64,000 bases of DNA from an uncultured virus (IMG/VR IMGVR_UViG_3300031951_000043) (IMGVR_UViG_3300031951_000043); one strand, 5' to 3'; counted from the first letter of the stretch, positions 9,012 through 19,312 are shown. Program-made: numbers and translations. Notes: generated from the letters alone by a model not told the origin.

Positions 9012-9521
9012 TTCCAAAATGTCTTTTTTACTTAACTGAGAAAAATGTTCTTTTATTTTTTGCTCAGGACTAATTGGTTTTGGTTTTATTATTTCCTTAA
9101 TTGTTGATTTTTGCTTTGGTTTAGGTACAACAGGTTTTACCGTTTCTTTAACAACTGGTTTTTGTTCTTGTTTAGCAACCTCAACTGTAATTTTTGGTTT
9201 GTCGTCAATTTGCTCCTGAACGATAACCGCAACCTTTTTATTTGTTTCTACAATATATTCCGAACTCCAAGGTTGGAAAAATACGTCATCAGCAATAACT
9301 TCTAATTTAACAATACCTGTTGATTTTTCAGGTAAAAAGTTTTTTGTTTTCGGTATTGTAACTTCACAGTTACCTCCTTCATAAATAATACCATCAAACA
9401 TATAATTAATTCCCTCAGATTCAACAACTAATCTGACTTTTGAATTAGCTAATGATGTACCATCAACTTGAACGGTACAGCTAAACTTATTGACTTTATC
9501 TGTATATAATTTATAGCTCAT
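8994..9521 (-). CDS. Hypothetical protein
   Basis: 175-aa ORF coupled to 9524-9859. Confidence 0.75.
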   Translation of the reverse strand: MSYKLYTDKVNKFSCTVQVDGTSLANSKVRLVVESEGINYMFDGIIYEGGNCEVTIPKTKNFLPEKSTGIVKLEVIADDVFFQPWSSEYIVETNKKVAVIVQEQIDDKPKITVEVAKQEQKPVVKETVKPVVPKPKQKSTIKEIIKPKPISPEQKIKEHFSQLSKKDILELLKNR

Positions 9522-9523
9522 TT

Positions 9524-9859
9524 TTATTTCTGTTCATTTATAAATATCCCAACTTTTATATTTTTCACTTCAGAAATAAAATTAGCCACGTCTTTTATTG
9601 TTACTTTAACGTTTTTATTCTTTTGTTTATTTACTCTTTTTTGAAAATTAACGTCTTGAGCGTGAATTTGAACAAATAATTCAATAAGTACTTTTTTTTC
9701 CTCTTTAGATAATTTTTCTAATTTTTTTCTTATTTGAGATGGCGGACCAGAACCAACCGTCTCAACCACCTTTTTTATAATACAGAAAAACGCCCAAGTT
9801 AGCTCAACGGTATTCCATTGAACATCAGCATCATTCCATTTATAACAAAAAACACTCAT
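9524..9859 (-). CDS. Hypothetical protein
   Basis: 111-aa ORF. Confidence 0.7.
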   Translation of the reverse strand: MSVFCYKWNDADVQWNTVELTWAFFCIIKKVVETVGSGPPSQIRKKLEKLSKEEKKVLIELFVQIHAQDVNFQKRVNKQKNKNVKVTIKDVANFISEVKNIKVGIFINEQK

Positions 9860-9956
9860 TTATTTATTTTGTATTTAAAAAGACTAAATTTAAAACTAAT
9901 AAAGTTAAACATAGGTGTATATTTATAATAAATACACAAATATTGAATAGTAAATA

Positions 9957-10670
9957 ATGTCAGATATATCGAATCTTCTTGTTAAAGATACATATGACTA
10001 TGTTCTTCAATCTGACATTGTTACAGGTGTAGTATATAGAATTGGTGGTGCGGTACCCGTAAATCCTATATTTTCATCTGGTGCTACCTTTTTACAATCT
10101 TTAAGATATTCTGACGGAACAGAACAAAGTGGTTATGTTTTAACTTCAGATGTTAATGGTAATGCGTTTTGGGGTCCGGTATCTGGGGCAAGTTCAGGTA
10201 ATTTTTTAAATCTAAGTGGCGGTACTGTAAGTGGATTAACAATATTCCAAAGCGGATTAACAACAAATTCATTTACAGCAACAACATTTACTTTTAATAA
10301 TGGAAATCAACAAAATGGCTATATTTTAACATCAGATATTAATGGCAATTCTGATTGGAAACCTAGTGGTGCAATAACCGGTATTACTTTATCAGGTAAT
10401 ACATTATTAATATATAATAATTCAGGTCAAACTATAAGTACTAATGGGTTTATACAAAAATTTGCAATAGATATTGGTGATAGCTCCGCAAATACAATAA
10501 CAATAAATCATAATTTTAATAGTCGAGATATACAAGTTGAGGTTTATAGAAATACTAGTCCTTGGGATACAGTATTTTGTGATATTACTCGTTTAACCGT
10601 GAATTCGGTTAATTTAACTTTTGCAAATCCTCCGGGTATAAATGAATATAGAGTTGTTATAATTAGTTAA
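9957..10670 (+). CDS. Putative virion structural / tail-fibre-associated protein
   Basis: S/G/T-rich; GYVLTSDxNGN repeats; C-terminus shared with next gene; late motif upstream. Confidence 0.6.
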   Translation: MSDISNLLVKDTYDYVLQSDIVTGVVYRIGGAVPVNPIFSSGATFLQSLRYSDGTEQSGYVLTSDVNGNAFWGPVSGASSGNFLNLSGGTVSGLTIFQSGLTTNSFTATTFTFNNGNQQNGYILTSDINGNSDWKPSGAITGITLSGNTLLIYNNSGQTISTNGFIQKFAIDIGDSSANTITINHNFNSRDIQVEVYRNTSPWDTVFCDITRLTVNSVNLTFANPPGINEYRVVIIS

Positions 10671-10681
10671 TATATATTAAT

Positions 10682-11119
10682 ATGGCAACAACAGAACTTA
10701 AAATAGGTAATCTTGGTGATATTCAAATACAAACCGGAAAAGGTAATCCGAATCATAGTTCATACCCCGGAACGGTTTATTTAGATAAAACTACTGGATT
10801 CTTATATAAAGGAATTAGTGGTACGACTTGGCAATATATTGGTTCCACATATTCTTATTTAATTTATGATTTTTCTGGTGCAACAACAAGTGGTGGTACA
10901 GTAAATAAATATGTACAAAATATTGGTGATAATATATCTACAACAATAAATGTAAATCACGGATTAAATTCAGAAGATGTTTTGGTTGAGGTTTATAGAA
11001 ATGGAGTACCTAAGGACACAATTTTTTGTGATATAGAAAGAGTTGATGCAAACAATATTCAATTACTTTTTGCAAACCCCCCAACAACAAATGAATATCG
11101 TGTGATAATTATATCATAA
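10682..11119 (+). CDS. Putative structural protein; C-terminus paralogous to 9957-10670
   Basis: Shared IxHx(F/L)NS.D..VEVYRN..DT.FCDI..FANPP..NEYRVIIIS. Confidence 0.65.
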   Translation: MATTELKIGNLGDIQIQTGKGNPNHSSYPGTVYLDKTTGFLYKGISGTTWQYIGSTYSYLIYDFSGATTSGGTVNKYVQNIGDNISTTINVNHGLNSEDVLVEVYRNGVPKDTIFCDIERVDANNIQLLFANPPTTNEYRVIIIS

Positions 11120-11129
11120 TACATAATAT

Positions 11130-13484
11130 ATGCCAAAATTTTTAAAAGAAATAACATTTAGTGGTCAATCAACACCATCAATACCAGATCCCGGTTATGG
11201 TTCATTATATATTGATGGATTAACTAATTTATTATATTATATTGATGATGCTGGTGTTACATATAACTTAACGTCAGGTGGAACAGATACTTATGCTACA
11301 GGTTTTACATACAATAATGCAAATACGTTAACAATTCAACAAAATAACGCTCAACCTGATTTAACCGCATCAATAAACGTAATGACCGGATTAACAGTTA
11401 ATGGTAACTTATCAGCAACAACAATTGACACTGAATATATTGATTTCTTACCACTAACCGCTAGACCAGCACATTCAGAAGCAAGAATTTATTGGTATGA
11501 TGATGAAAATACCCTTGAACTTCAAACAGAAAATAATGATTTTAATATTGAAGTTGGTCATCAAACCGTTGTTAGAGTTAGAAATACAACCGGTGGTCCC
11601 TTAACAAAAGGGAGACTTGTCTACATTAATGGTGGTTCAGGAAATAATCCGACAGTAACTTTAGCAAGTTATGAAAATGATTTAAATAGTGCAAGAACAT
11701 TAGGTTTTCTTGGTACAAATATAAATGATAATCAATTTGGATACGTAATTACAAATGGTATGTTACGTAATGTGAATACCTCAGCTTATTCTACTGGTAC
11801 ACAGTTATATCTATGGTCTGCTGGTACATATTCAAATCAAATTCCCGAAGCACCATTACACGAAGTAAGAGTTGGTATCGTAATTAGACAAAGTGCAACT
11901 GTTGGTATTATTTTCGTTGCAATAATGAATGGTTATGAGTTAGGTGAACTTCACGATGTTTTAATTTCTGGTTTAACAAATAACGATTTATTACATTATA
12001 ATTCCTCATTAAGTGCTTGGACTAATACACAAAATATACAAATAAATTCTATTTCAGCAACAACTTATCAGAATTTACCAACTGATATTAGAGTAACTGG
12101 TGGAACATATTCTGATGGTTCTGCAACATTTACAAATAATACTGGGGGAACATTTACTGTTAGTGGATTCCAAAATTGGAAATGGTATGCTGAAAATACA
12201 ACTGCACCAATTGTTCCCCCACAAGCAAACGGAAGTGGTTCAATTGCATTAGGTGATAATGCTTGTGCTAGAGGTGATAATATGTTTGTTTATGGTAACT
12301 GTGCTGGTATTGGTTCAGTTGTTACAGATAATTCAAATTTCTTAGGTCATAATGCAGGAACAAATTCAGCATATGGATTTAGTTCAAATTTCTTTGGTTG
12401 TAAAGCTGGTAAAGATGCTACATTAGCTAATAATTCAAATTTCTTAGGAGAAAATGCAGGTAATTTAGCAACAAATGCTGATAATTCAAATTTCTTAGGT
12501 ACAAACTCAGGTTATTTAGCTACATCAGCTTGTCATTCTAACTTTATTGGTCGTAATGCTGGTTGTAACGCAAAAGGTGCAAATAATTCTAACTTTATTG
12601 GTGAAAATGCTGGACGTGAAGCTGATTTTGCAACTTATTCAAATTTATTTGGATATAATGCTGGTGCAACATTTGGTTCTAATGTTATTAAAGAAAATAA
12701 TATTATTATTGGTACAAATATTTCATTACCAAATGGTGCAATAAATTCATTAAATATTGGTGCTACAATATTTGGTACTGATTTATATGGTAATACAATT
12801 GGAGACCCCTCTATTACAGTTCAATCTTCAGGTAGAATCGGTATTGGTGTTCTTAATCCAACAACCACATTACACATATCAGGAGCAACCAATCCTTTAA
12901 GGATTGAGGGTTTATTAACATCGGCAAATACTGAATATCTTACAATCAGTCCAACAGGTGTTGTAACAAAAACATCCGGTGCAACTGGGGTTGATACATT
13001 TACAACGGGATTTACTTATTCAAGTAACACGTTCTCAATTTTTAGAAATCAGGGACTCCCAAATCTAACTGCAACAATTAATTCTGTTACCGGATTAACA
13101 TCTACAGGAACAATTTCATCAAGTATTATTTCAGCAACAACTTATCAGAATTTACCATATGGTTTAGCTGGGATTAATAATCAAACAGTTACAGCATATA
13201 CGTTTACTTTATTGGATTCTGGTTATTTAGTAACATTTAGTTCATCAACCTCTGTCCTAGCAACTATACCAACAAATATATCAGCACCGTTAGCAATTGG
13301 ATCTCAAATTATGCTATCCCAACTTGGCTCCGGACAATTAAGAATTACTGGTGATACGGGTGTTACTTTATATTCTTACGGAAATGCATATAATTTAGTC
13401 GGACAATATTCTACAGCATTTTTAACTAAACAAGGAACAAATACTTGGATTTTAGATGGAAATTTAACAACTTTAAATTTATAA
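11130..13484 (+). CDS. Tail fibre-like protein
   Basis: T/G/S-rich repeats; 14-aa NSNFLGxNAG repeats; GRIGIGVLNPTTTLHISG motif. Confidence 0.7.
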   Translation: MPKFLKEITFSGQSTPSIPDPGYGSLYIDGLTNLLYYIDDAGVTYNLTSGGTDTYATGFTYNNANTLTIQQNNAQPDLTASINVMTGLTVNGNLSATTIDTEYIDFLPLTARPAHSEARIYWYDDENTLELQTENNDFNIEVGHQTVVRVRNTTGGPLTKGRLVYINGGSGNNPTVTLASYENDLNSARTLGFLGTNINDNQFGYVITNGMLRNVNTSAYSTGTQLYLWSAGTYSNQIPEAPLHEVRVGIVIRQSATVGIIFVAIMNGYELGELHDVLISGLTNNDLLHYNSSLSAWTNTQNIQINSISATTYQNLPTDIRVTGGTYSDGSATFTNNTGGTFTVSGFQNWKWYAENTTAPIVPPQANGSGSIALGDNACARGDNMFVYGNCAGIGSVVTDNSNFLGHNAGTNSAYGFSSNFFGCKAGKDATLANNSNFLGENAGNLATNADNSNFLGTNSGYLATSACHSNFIGRNAGCNAKGANNSNFIGENAGREADFATYSNLFGYNAGATFGSNVIKENNIIIGTNISLPNGAINSLNIGATIFGTDLYGNTIGDPSITVQSSGRIGIGVLNPTTTLHISGATNPLRIEGLLTSANTEYLTISPTGVVTKTSGATGVDTFTTGFTYSSNTFSIFRNQGLPNLTATINSVTGLTSTGTISSSIISATTYQNLPYGLAGINNQTVTAYTFTLLDSGYLVTFSSSTSVLATIPTNISAPLAIGSQIMLSQLGSGQLRITGDTGVTLYSYGNAYNLVGQYSTAFLTKQGTNTWILDGNLTTLNL

Positions 13485-13487
13485 ATA

Positions 13488-14411
13488 ATGTCAATATTTA
13501 GTTACGGAAATAGATATGCAAACATACCTCTTACAATAATAAGGGAGTATACTGGAGATACTACTTGGAATAAACCAGATGGGATTAAAGAAATTTTGGT
13601 TATATGTGTTGGCGCTGGTGGTGGTGGAGGCGGAGCCGGTCAGCGGAACGGTGCTGCTACTGGAGCATCAGGTGGTGGCGGAGGAATGGTCGGATGGCTT
13701 CGCATTGACGCTACTAGCCTTGGATTAACAGAAACCATTGTAATCGGAGCGGGTGGAAATGGCGGTAGTGGAGGCACTGGAGCAGCAAGTGCTGGTGCAA
13801 ATGGTGGTGCTGGTGGTACAACGTCATTCGGGTCATTTATCAGCGCAGGTGGTGGTTCAGGAGGATTGCGTGGTGAATCAACAGGTACTATTGCTGGTGG
13901 TGCTGGTGGAACTATTGCAAGTGTTCGATTTTTTCTTCCGGGTGCTGCTGGTGGACAAGCAATAACCAACAATATCGGCTCACCCGGATTGAGTGGTTGG
14001 GGACAATTAACATCAGGTGCTGGTGGAGGTGGTGGTGGTGCGTGTTCAAGCGTTACTCCGTTTGCTTGGGCTGCTGGTGCTGGTGGTGGAGTTTTTGATT
14101 GGAATGGGTCAGCATGGACTCTTATTTCAGGCCCTTCCGGACCTGCTGCAAGCGCAGGTGCTGGTGGCAATGGTGTGAATGACCAATGCTTGTATCTTCT
14201 CCAGTCATTCTCACAGATTCCTACCATTGGACTTGGTACGGGAGGTGCTGGTGGATCCGGTCAGAATGGCACAGGATCAGCTACTGGCAACGCTGGCGGC
14301 AATGGAGGACGTGCGGCTGGTGGAGGAGGCGGCGGCGCTGTGCGATTTGGAACAGGCGGTAATGGAGGAAACGGAGGAAATGGTCTTTGTATTGTAGTTG
14401 AATACTATTAA
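13488..14411 (+). CDS. Glycine-rich tail fibre-associated protein
   Basis: WNKPDG..VICVGAGGGGG...GNGGNGLCIVVEY architecture. Confidence 0.8.
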   Translation: MSIFSYGNRYANIPLTIIREYTGDTTWNKPDGIKEILVICVGAGGGGGGAGQRNGAATGASGGGGGMVGWLRIDATSLGLTETIVIGAGGNGGSGGTGAASAGANGGAGGTTSFGSFISAGGGSGGLRGESTGTIAGGAGGTIASVRFFLPGAAGGQAITNNIGSPGLSGWGQLTSGAGGGGGGACSSVTPFAWAAGAGGGVFDWNGSAWTLISGPSGPAASAGAGGNGVNDQCLYLLQSFSQIPTIGLGTGGAGGSGQNGTGSATGNAGGNGGRAAGGGGGGAVRFGTGGNGGNGGNGLCIVVEYY

Positions 14412-14428
14412 ATAATAAAATAAAAAAA

Positions 14429-14629
14429 ATGATTTACTCACTTATTATAAGAAATAATATTGTAATAAATAAGACGATAGGAAATGAATTGTTAACAACA
14501 TACCCATTTCCTTATGATTTAATAATTCAAGATGTAAATGAAAATGTTTTAATTGATTCAACATACAATCCAGTGAATGGAACATTTACATTAATTGGTG
14601 CTCCGTATAACAATGAAAATGGAAATTAA
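14429..14629 (+). CDS. Small hypothetical protein, possible fibre chaperone
   Basis: Directly follows the Gly-rich gene. Confidence 0.55.
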   Translation: MIYSLIIRNNIVINKTIGNELLTTYPFPYDLIIQDVNENVLIDSTYNPVNGTFTLIGAPYNNENGN

Positions 14630-14702
14630 TAATTTAATAGAAAAAAACCTTATAGATTTGTAAAACAAATAAAAAACTTATAAATTTGTAAAAAAAATAA
14701 AA

Positions 14703-14879
14703 ATGGCGTTTTATAGAGAAAATTTTTCAGATTACGAAGATTTTAATCATGATTTTTCTTCAAGAAAAGGAAAGAAAAATTTTAAAAAAAGAAAAGGAGA
14801 AGATTTTGAAAGAGGTTTTGGTAATAATAAGAAAAAAAATAAACCAAAACGAGGTAATAGAGATTATGATGATTATTAA
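14703..14879 (+). CDS. Small basic protein (58 aa, MAFYRENF...DYDDY), absent from ORF track
   Basis: ATG-TAA frame downstream of tandem TAnnTTTG boxes. Confidence 0.55.
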   Translation: MAFYRENFSDYEDFNHDFSSRKGKKNFKKRKGEDFERGFGNNKKKNKPKRGNRDYDDY

Positions 14880-14975
14880 TACTTTATTTATATTTTATTA
14901 AAAAAATAAGACATTTTTTATTTTTCTTTTTATGAATACGTAATCATCACGATATTTATATAAAAAGAAAAATAA

Positions 14976-15722
14976 ATGATAAAAAAATACATTATACTAT
15001 TTTTAAGTTTTTTTATACATTTAAAAATAAATGCACAAAATAGTAATTGTTCATTAGCAATACCATTTATTGATAATGATTGTATATTATTTTCGCCCCC
15101 AACAGCAGGACCGATAACAAGATGTTATTCTTTCTATTTAGTGGATGATTCTGTTGATTTTAATTTTGTTTCATTTGCACCACTAAATACTTGTACTGAT
15201 GCTATTGCTTGGTATACGTTATATGATTCAAATTGTGATACAATTACCACAAATTTAGACGGTAATTTTCAAAATCTAATAGAAAATTCTAATTATACTA
15301 TTTGCTATACAATACAATGTCCAACAAATGGTGTAATTAATTTATTATGTACATATGAATTAATTGTTTTACCAATAGAGTTATTATATTTTAATGCTCG
15401 TATTGAATATAACAACATAAGATTAATATGGGAAACAACTACCGAAACAAATAATTGTTGTTTTACACTATACCACTCAACTGATTTTGTAAATTGGTTG
15501 AGTATCGGTAGAGTAGACGGTGCTGGTAATTCAATAACACCGCTATCATATAGTTTTATTTTTAATAATCCAAGTAATGGTGTAAATTATTTTAAATTAA
15601 TTCAAGAAGATTTTGATGGTAAACGCACTGAGTTTAATATTTTAGCGATTCCTTTTATAAAAAAAACCAAACCAAACGATATATTTCAAAAATACAATAT
15701 ATTAGGTCAACAAATTAAATAA
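14976..15722 (+). CDS. Secreted Cys-rich protein with Bacteroidota LPIEL-type Ig-like domain
   Basis: Signal peptide; LPIELLYF..W.T.TE.NN..F..GAGNS motif typical of T9SS cargo. Confidence 0.7.
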   Translation: MIKKYIILFLSFFIHLKINAQNSNCSLAIPFIDNDCILFSPPTAGPITRCYSFYLVDDSVDFNFVSFAPLNTCTDAIAWYTLYDSNCDTITTNLDGNFQNLIENSNYTICYTIQCPTNGVINLLCTYELIVLPIELLYFNARIEYNNIRLIWETTTETNNCCFTLYHSTDFVNWLSIGRVDGAGNSITPLSYSFIFNNPSNGVNYFKLIQEDFDGKRTEFNILAIPFIKKTKPNDIFQKYNILGQQIK

Positions 15723-15737
15723 TAAAAACCACCAACC

Positions 15738-16355
15738 ATGAACAAAGTTTTATTAATATTTTTAATGTTATTATCAGTCAATGTTTTTTCACAAAATATT
15801 GTTAATGCTAAAATAACACAAATAACATCATCATATATTGATGTTACGTTATATCCCTCAATTTATGAAACTTCTGTATTATCCAATGTTGTATTTACTC
15901 TAAAATGGGAAAATAAACAAAATATATCTTTTGGTGAGCCGCAATTAGATAATTCATTAATTGTTAAAAAATCAGGACCGGTTTTAACAAATGACACTTG
16001 GAAATATCAAATATTTTGCGGATTTAGTTTTGTTATTACAAATATTGGTCAACCAATTATAATTCGCATACCAAAATCCGGAAACGCTAATTTAATAGTA
16101 GCAACAGATGAATTTGTTAAAAATATTATGGTAAATGGTGATTATTATGTCTCAATTGGTGGACAAGATGTTACGGGTGAAATTTTGGAAGGAAAGTCCA
16201 TTGAGTTTGAAGAAACTAATCAACATAAAATGTATTTCGACCAGAGATTTAATAGATTTTTATTTGAGGTAAATGGTGTTTTTTTAACAACTTTAGGTCA
16301 GTACATTGATGTTCAAGATAAAACAAATTTAATTTTAGTTAAAAAAGTTAACTAG
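15738..16355 (+). CDS. Secreted hypothetical protein
   Basis: Signal peptide ending VFS-Q. Confidence 0.7.
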   Translation: MNKVLLIFLMLLSVNVFSQNIVNAKITQITSSYIDVTLYPSIYETSVLSNVVFTLKWENKQNISFGEPQLDNSLIVKKSGPVLTNDTWKYQIFCGFSFVITNIGQPIIIRIPKSGNANLIVATDEFVKNIMVNGDYYVSIGGQDVTGEILEGKSIEFEETNQHKMYFDQRFNRFLFEVNGVFLTTLGQYIDVQDKTNLILVKKVN

Positions 16356-16404
16356 TATTTGTAGCAATCACTTTTTTGTATTATCTTCGCACAAAATAAA
16401 AACA

Positions 16405-16587
16405 ATGAAAGATAAACTTTATAGAACAGATAATTGTATAGTTGGTGGTGTTTGTAGTGGATTGGGTGAATACTTTAATATCGATGAAAATATTATCAGG
16501 GTTGCATTTTTCTTAGCAATCTTCACACCCTTTCCAATCATTATCACATACCTTTTTATGTGGATGCTAGTTCCAAATCAAAGATAA
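16405..16587 (+). CDS. pspC: PspC domain protein
   Basis: KLYR..IVGGVCSGLGEYFNID..IIR..YL.MW..VP. Confidence 0.88.
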   Translation: MKDKLYRTDNCIVGGVCSGLGEYFNIDENIIRVAFFLAIFTPFPIIITYLFMWMLVPNQR

Positions 16588-17198
16588 GTTAATAAACTTT
16601 GAGCTTCTTTTTGTAATTTAACTTTAAAGTCTTCTTTAAAGTTATCATTTTCACTTAATTCTACCGGTACTTCGGTAAATGACCAATCTAAAGCTAGTGT
16701 TGCAACTAGATTCTTATCTTTATCAAAGATTGGAACAACAGCATGTGAATTTGTACCATGAGAACGAATAACTGATTTGGTTGCTAAATCATTAACATCA
16801 TCATAGACCGAATAAAAAAATCCATTATTCTCAAGGGCTTGGTGATAATACCAAGAAAAATTACTAACTAAAATATTCTGATATTTTTGTGCTATTGGTT
16901 CAAGACCATCGGTCATTCTTTCATATGTCATAGATGATTTTTGCATTGAGGAGTTTGTGTAAAAATTACCACCGTTATGAAATTGCGTTATTGTAATTCT
17001 ATCAGCATCATAATTTCTTTTAATTTCTTTTAAAGAGAAGTGAATAATTTCGTCTTTTGCAAATTGTTCGGTTAAATCTTTTTTAGATTTTCTTTCTTTC
17101 CGCAAATCCATAATTTTTTTAAAATAACCAGCGGTTATTAATGCAACTGATATTGAAGTAAAAGCTGTTATTAATGATGTAATTATAGTCGTTCCCAT
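16578..17198 (-). CDS. Putative T4 gpT-like holin (N-terminal TM helix plus GAF-like domain)
   Basis: Single TM; ADRITITQFHNGG motif; late motif upstream. Confidence 0.55.
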   Translation of the reverse strand: MGTTIITSLITAFTSISVALITAGYFKKIMDLRKERKSKKDLTEQFAKDEIIHFSLKEIKRNYDADRITITQFHNGGNFYTNSSMQKSSMTYERMTDGLEPIAQKYQNILVSNFSWYYHQALENNGFFYSVYDDVNDLATKSVIRSHGTNSHAVVPIFDKDKNLVATLALDWSFTEVPVELSENDNFKEDFKVKLQKEAQSLLTYL

Positions 17199-17290
17199 TC
17201 ACAAATCTTTTAATATAAATATATTAAAAATGTAAATAGAAAAAAAAAATACCATCGAATGATGGTATTTATAAAACTTTTTTATTTAAT

Positions 17291-17464
17291 TTAGTTTTTT
17301 GTTGTGTCTACCGCTGTTGTGTCAACAGAAACCATTGTGGTATCAGCAACCATAGCAGAATCAACAGAAACCGCAGTAGTGTCTACAGTAGCGGTTTCTT
17401 CTGTTGTTACAGGAGTTCCGCATGATGCTAAAACTACTAAAGAACCAAGAACAATTTTTTTCAT
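17291..17464 (-). CDS. Small lipoprotein (57 aa) with repeated D-T/S-T/A motifs, absent from ORF track
   Basis: MKKIVLGSLVVLAS-C lipobox; Thr/Val/Asp-rich mature part. Confidence 0.75.
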   Translation of the reverse strand: MKKIVLGSLVVLASCGTPVTTEETATVDTTAVSVDSAMVADTTMVSVDTTAVDTTKN

Positions 17465-17575
17465 TTTTTGTTTTTTTATATGTTTATTTGTACAATAATT
17501 ATCAAAAAAGATGAAAAAGTCAAATATTTTAAAAATTTTATTTTATTTGTGATATTTATAGTAAAATAATTCATT

Positions 17576-17908
17576 ATGAGTAAAATTGTTAAACTTAAAG
17601 AAAGAGATTTAACTGAGATAGTTAAACGTGCTTTAATCGGTAAAATGTTTATAGAAGAACAAAAAAAGGAAAAGATTGAAATACCGCAAAATTGTTTTGG
17701 CGGTCCAAAAACAGGTTTAGGTGGTTTAATTTTATTTACAACAATGTTGCAAAAAGAAGCGGATAATGGCGATATGAATAGTGAAAAATTAATTGCTGAT
17801 ATGAAAACCTTTTTAAAAGGTATGAATAGAGCAAACCCCGAAATGATTGCAACGTTATTAAAAAAATATAATAAAGAAAAGTACCTGCCTTGGGTGGGTT
17901 GTTTTTAA
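17576..17908 (+). CDS. Hypothetical late protein with KLKERDL..IV..IEEQ leader
   Basis: ATATTTAT upstream; leader resembles the LRR leader. Confidence 0.7.
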   Translation: MSKIVKLKERDLTEIVKRALIGKMFIEEQKKEKIEIPQNCFGGPKTGLGGLILFTTMLQKEADNGDMNSEKLIADMKTFLKGMNRANPEMIATLLKKYNKEKYLPWVGCF

Positions 17909-17975
17909 TATTCTAATCCCGTCGAATTCGAGGGGTTTAAAAGCAAAAAGGGTTCACAAAGGAACCCTTTTTAAT

Positions 17976-18350
17976 TGGTGGAGATGGAGGGTTTCGAAAC
18001 CCTCGTCTTCCGCTGTCAACCTAAAGAGACTACACGCTTAGAACAACATTAGTTCTTAATGTTTCGAAATATCAAGTTTCACTATATACCAACTTGCAAA
18101 GGTTTTCTTTGGTTAATTTTAAGTATCAACCACACTTTTTTTGGAATTTCTGTTGCTAGGTAAATTCCCAAATTACCCCTTGTAGGTGTTAGCCTTAGGC
18201 TACAGCTACTTCTTCAGTCTTGATGAGACCCAAAACTGACATCTTGTCTAAAACGTTGCCGTTTACTTGTTTGAACCATTTTAACAAGGTTGATTCACCC
18301 TTGACGTGCCTATTTAACCTAATCATCGGAATCAAATCCAACTCATCCCC
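17976..18350 (-). ncRNA. ssrA: tmRNA, predicted tag GNVLDKMSVLGLIKTEEVAVA
   Basis: 5' GGGGATG, 3' T arm and CATCTCCACCA, G3:U70 pair, internal frame 18260-18195 ending AVA-stop. Confidence 0.92.
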
Positions 18351-18422
18351 ATATATTTTCAAAGAACAATGCAAAGATAAGAACAAATTTTAAACTGACA
18401 AGTACCAACCTAAAAATAAATA

Positions 18423-18454
18423 TTTGCATAATAACAAAAGACTTTGTATATTTG
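18423..18454 (+). promoter_or_regulatory. Bacteroidota primary-sigma promoter, divergent from the tmRNA promoter box at 18372-18379
   Basis: TTTG-N20-TATATTTG. Confidence 0.7.
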
Positions 18455-18475
18455 TGGTATAAAATATAAAAAAAA

Positions 18476-19297
18476 ATGAATAATTTTGAATTTTTAAAGG
18501 AAGTACTATCGGTACCAAGTTCTTCATATAAAGAACATTTAATGATTGAGTTTTTGGAAAAATGGTTGACTGAAAATAATATCCCCCATTATACGGATGA
18601 TTTTGGAAATGTATATGCAACAAAAAAAACGAACTTAAAGGAAGGTGAGTTTTTTCCTTGCGTAGTGTCACACACCGATACCGTACATGATATTAGTAAT
18701 ATTAATATTTTAGAAAAGCAACTTCCGGATTCAGATAATATTATTAAATTAGCTCTAACGTCTGTAAATGATGATGGAATACCTAACGGTATTGGTGGTG
18801 ATGATAAATGTGGTGTTTATATTTGTCTTAGACTTTTAAAAGATTTACCGAATGTAAAAGCGGCGTTTTTTGTTAGTGAAGAAATTGGTTGTAGGGGTTC
18901 ATTAAATGCTGACCCAAATTTCTTTAAAGATGTTGGTTATGCGATTCAGTTTGATGCACCAGAAAACTGGATGGTTACATATACGTGTATGGGCGTGGAA
19001 TTATTTGATATGAAATCAGAATTTTTTGATAAATGTCATAATGTTCTTACCGAAAACTTTAACCATAAAAAAGATTATCTTAAACATCCATATACAGATG
19101 TTTACGCATTAAGAAAGAAATTTGACTTTGCTTGCATTAATATTTCATGTGGATATTACAATTATCACAGACCAAATGAATATGTTGTAGTTGATGATGT
19201 TGAGAACGCATATGATGTTGGAGTAAAGATGATTAGTGATTTGGGATGTTGTAGTTATATTTTTAATAAATCAAAAAAAACAAAATTTATGTTATAA
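18476..19297 (+). CDS. M20/M28/M42-clan zinc peptidase
   Basis: SHTDTVH, GGDDKCG, SEEIG, QFD and YHRPNE motifs. Confidence 0.85.
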   Translation: MNNFEFLKEVLSVPSSSYKEHLMIEFLEKWLTENNIPHYTDDFGNVYATKKTNLKEGEFFPCVVSHTDTVHDISNINILEKQLPDSDNIIKLALTSVNDDGIPNGIGGDDKCGVYICLRLLKDLPNVKAAFFVSEEIGCRGSLNADPNFFKDVGYAIQFDAPENWMVTYTCMGVELFDMKSEFFDKCHNVLTENFNHKKDYLKHPYTDVYALRKKFDFACINISCGYYNYHRPNEYVVVDDVENAYDVGVKMISDLGCCSYIFNKSKKTKFML

Positions 19298-19312
19298 AGA
19301 AAAGGGGGAAAC

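Noticed and set aside
14640..14700. About 30-nt tandem duplication
   Set aside because: Looks like a simple duplication of a TAnnTTTG promoter box; only two copies.
18195..18386. 63-aa ORF in the track
   Set aside because: Overlaps the tmRNA; only its last 21 codons are the tag frame.
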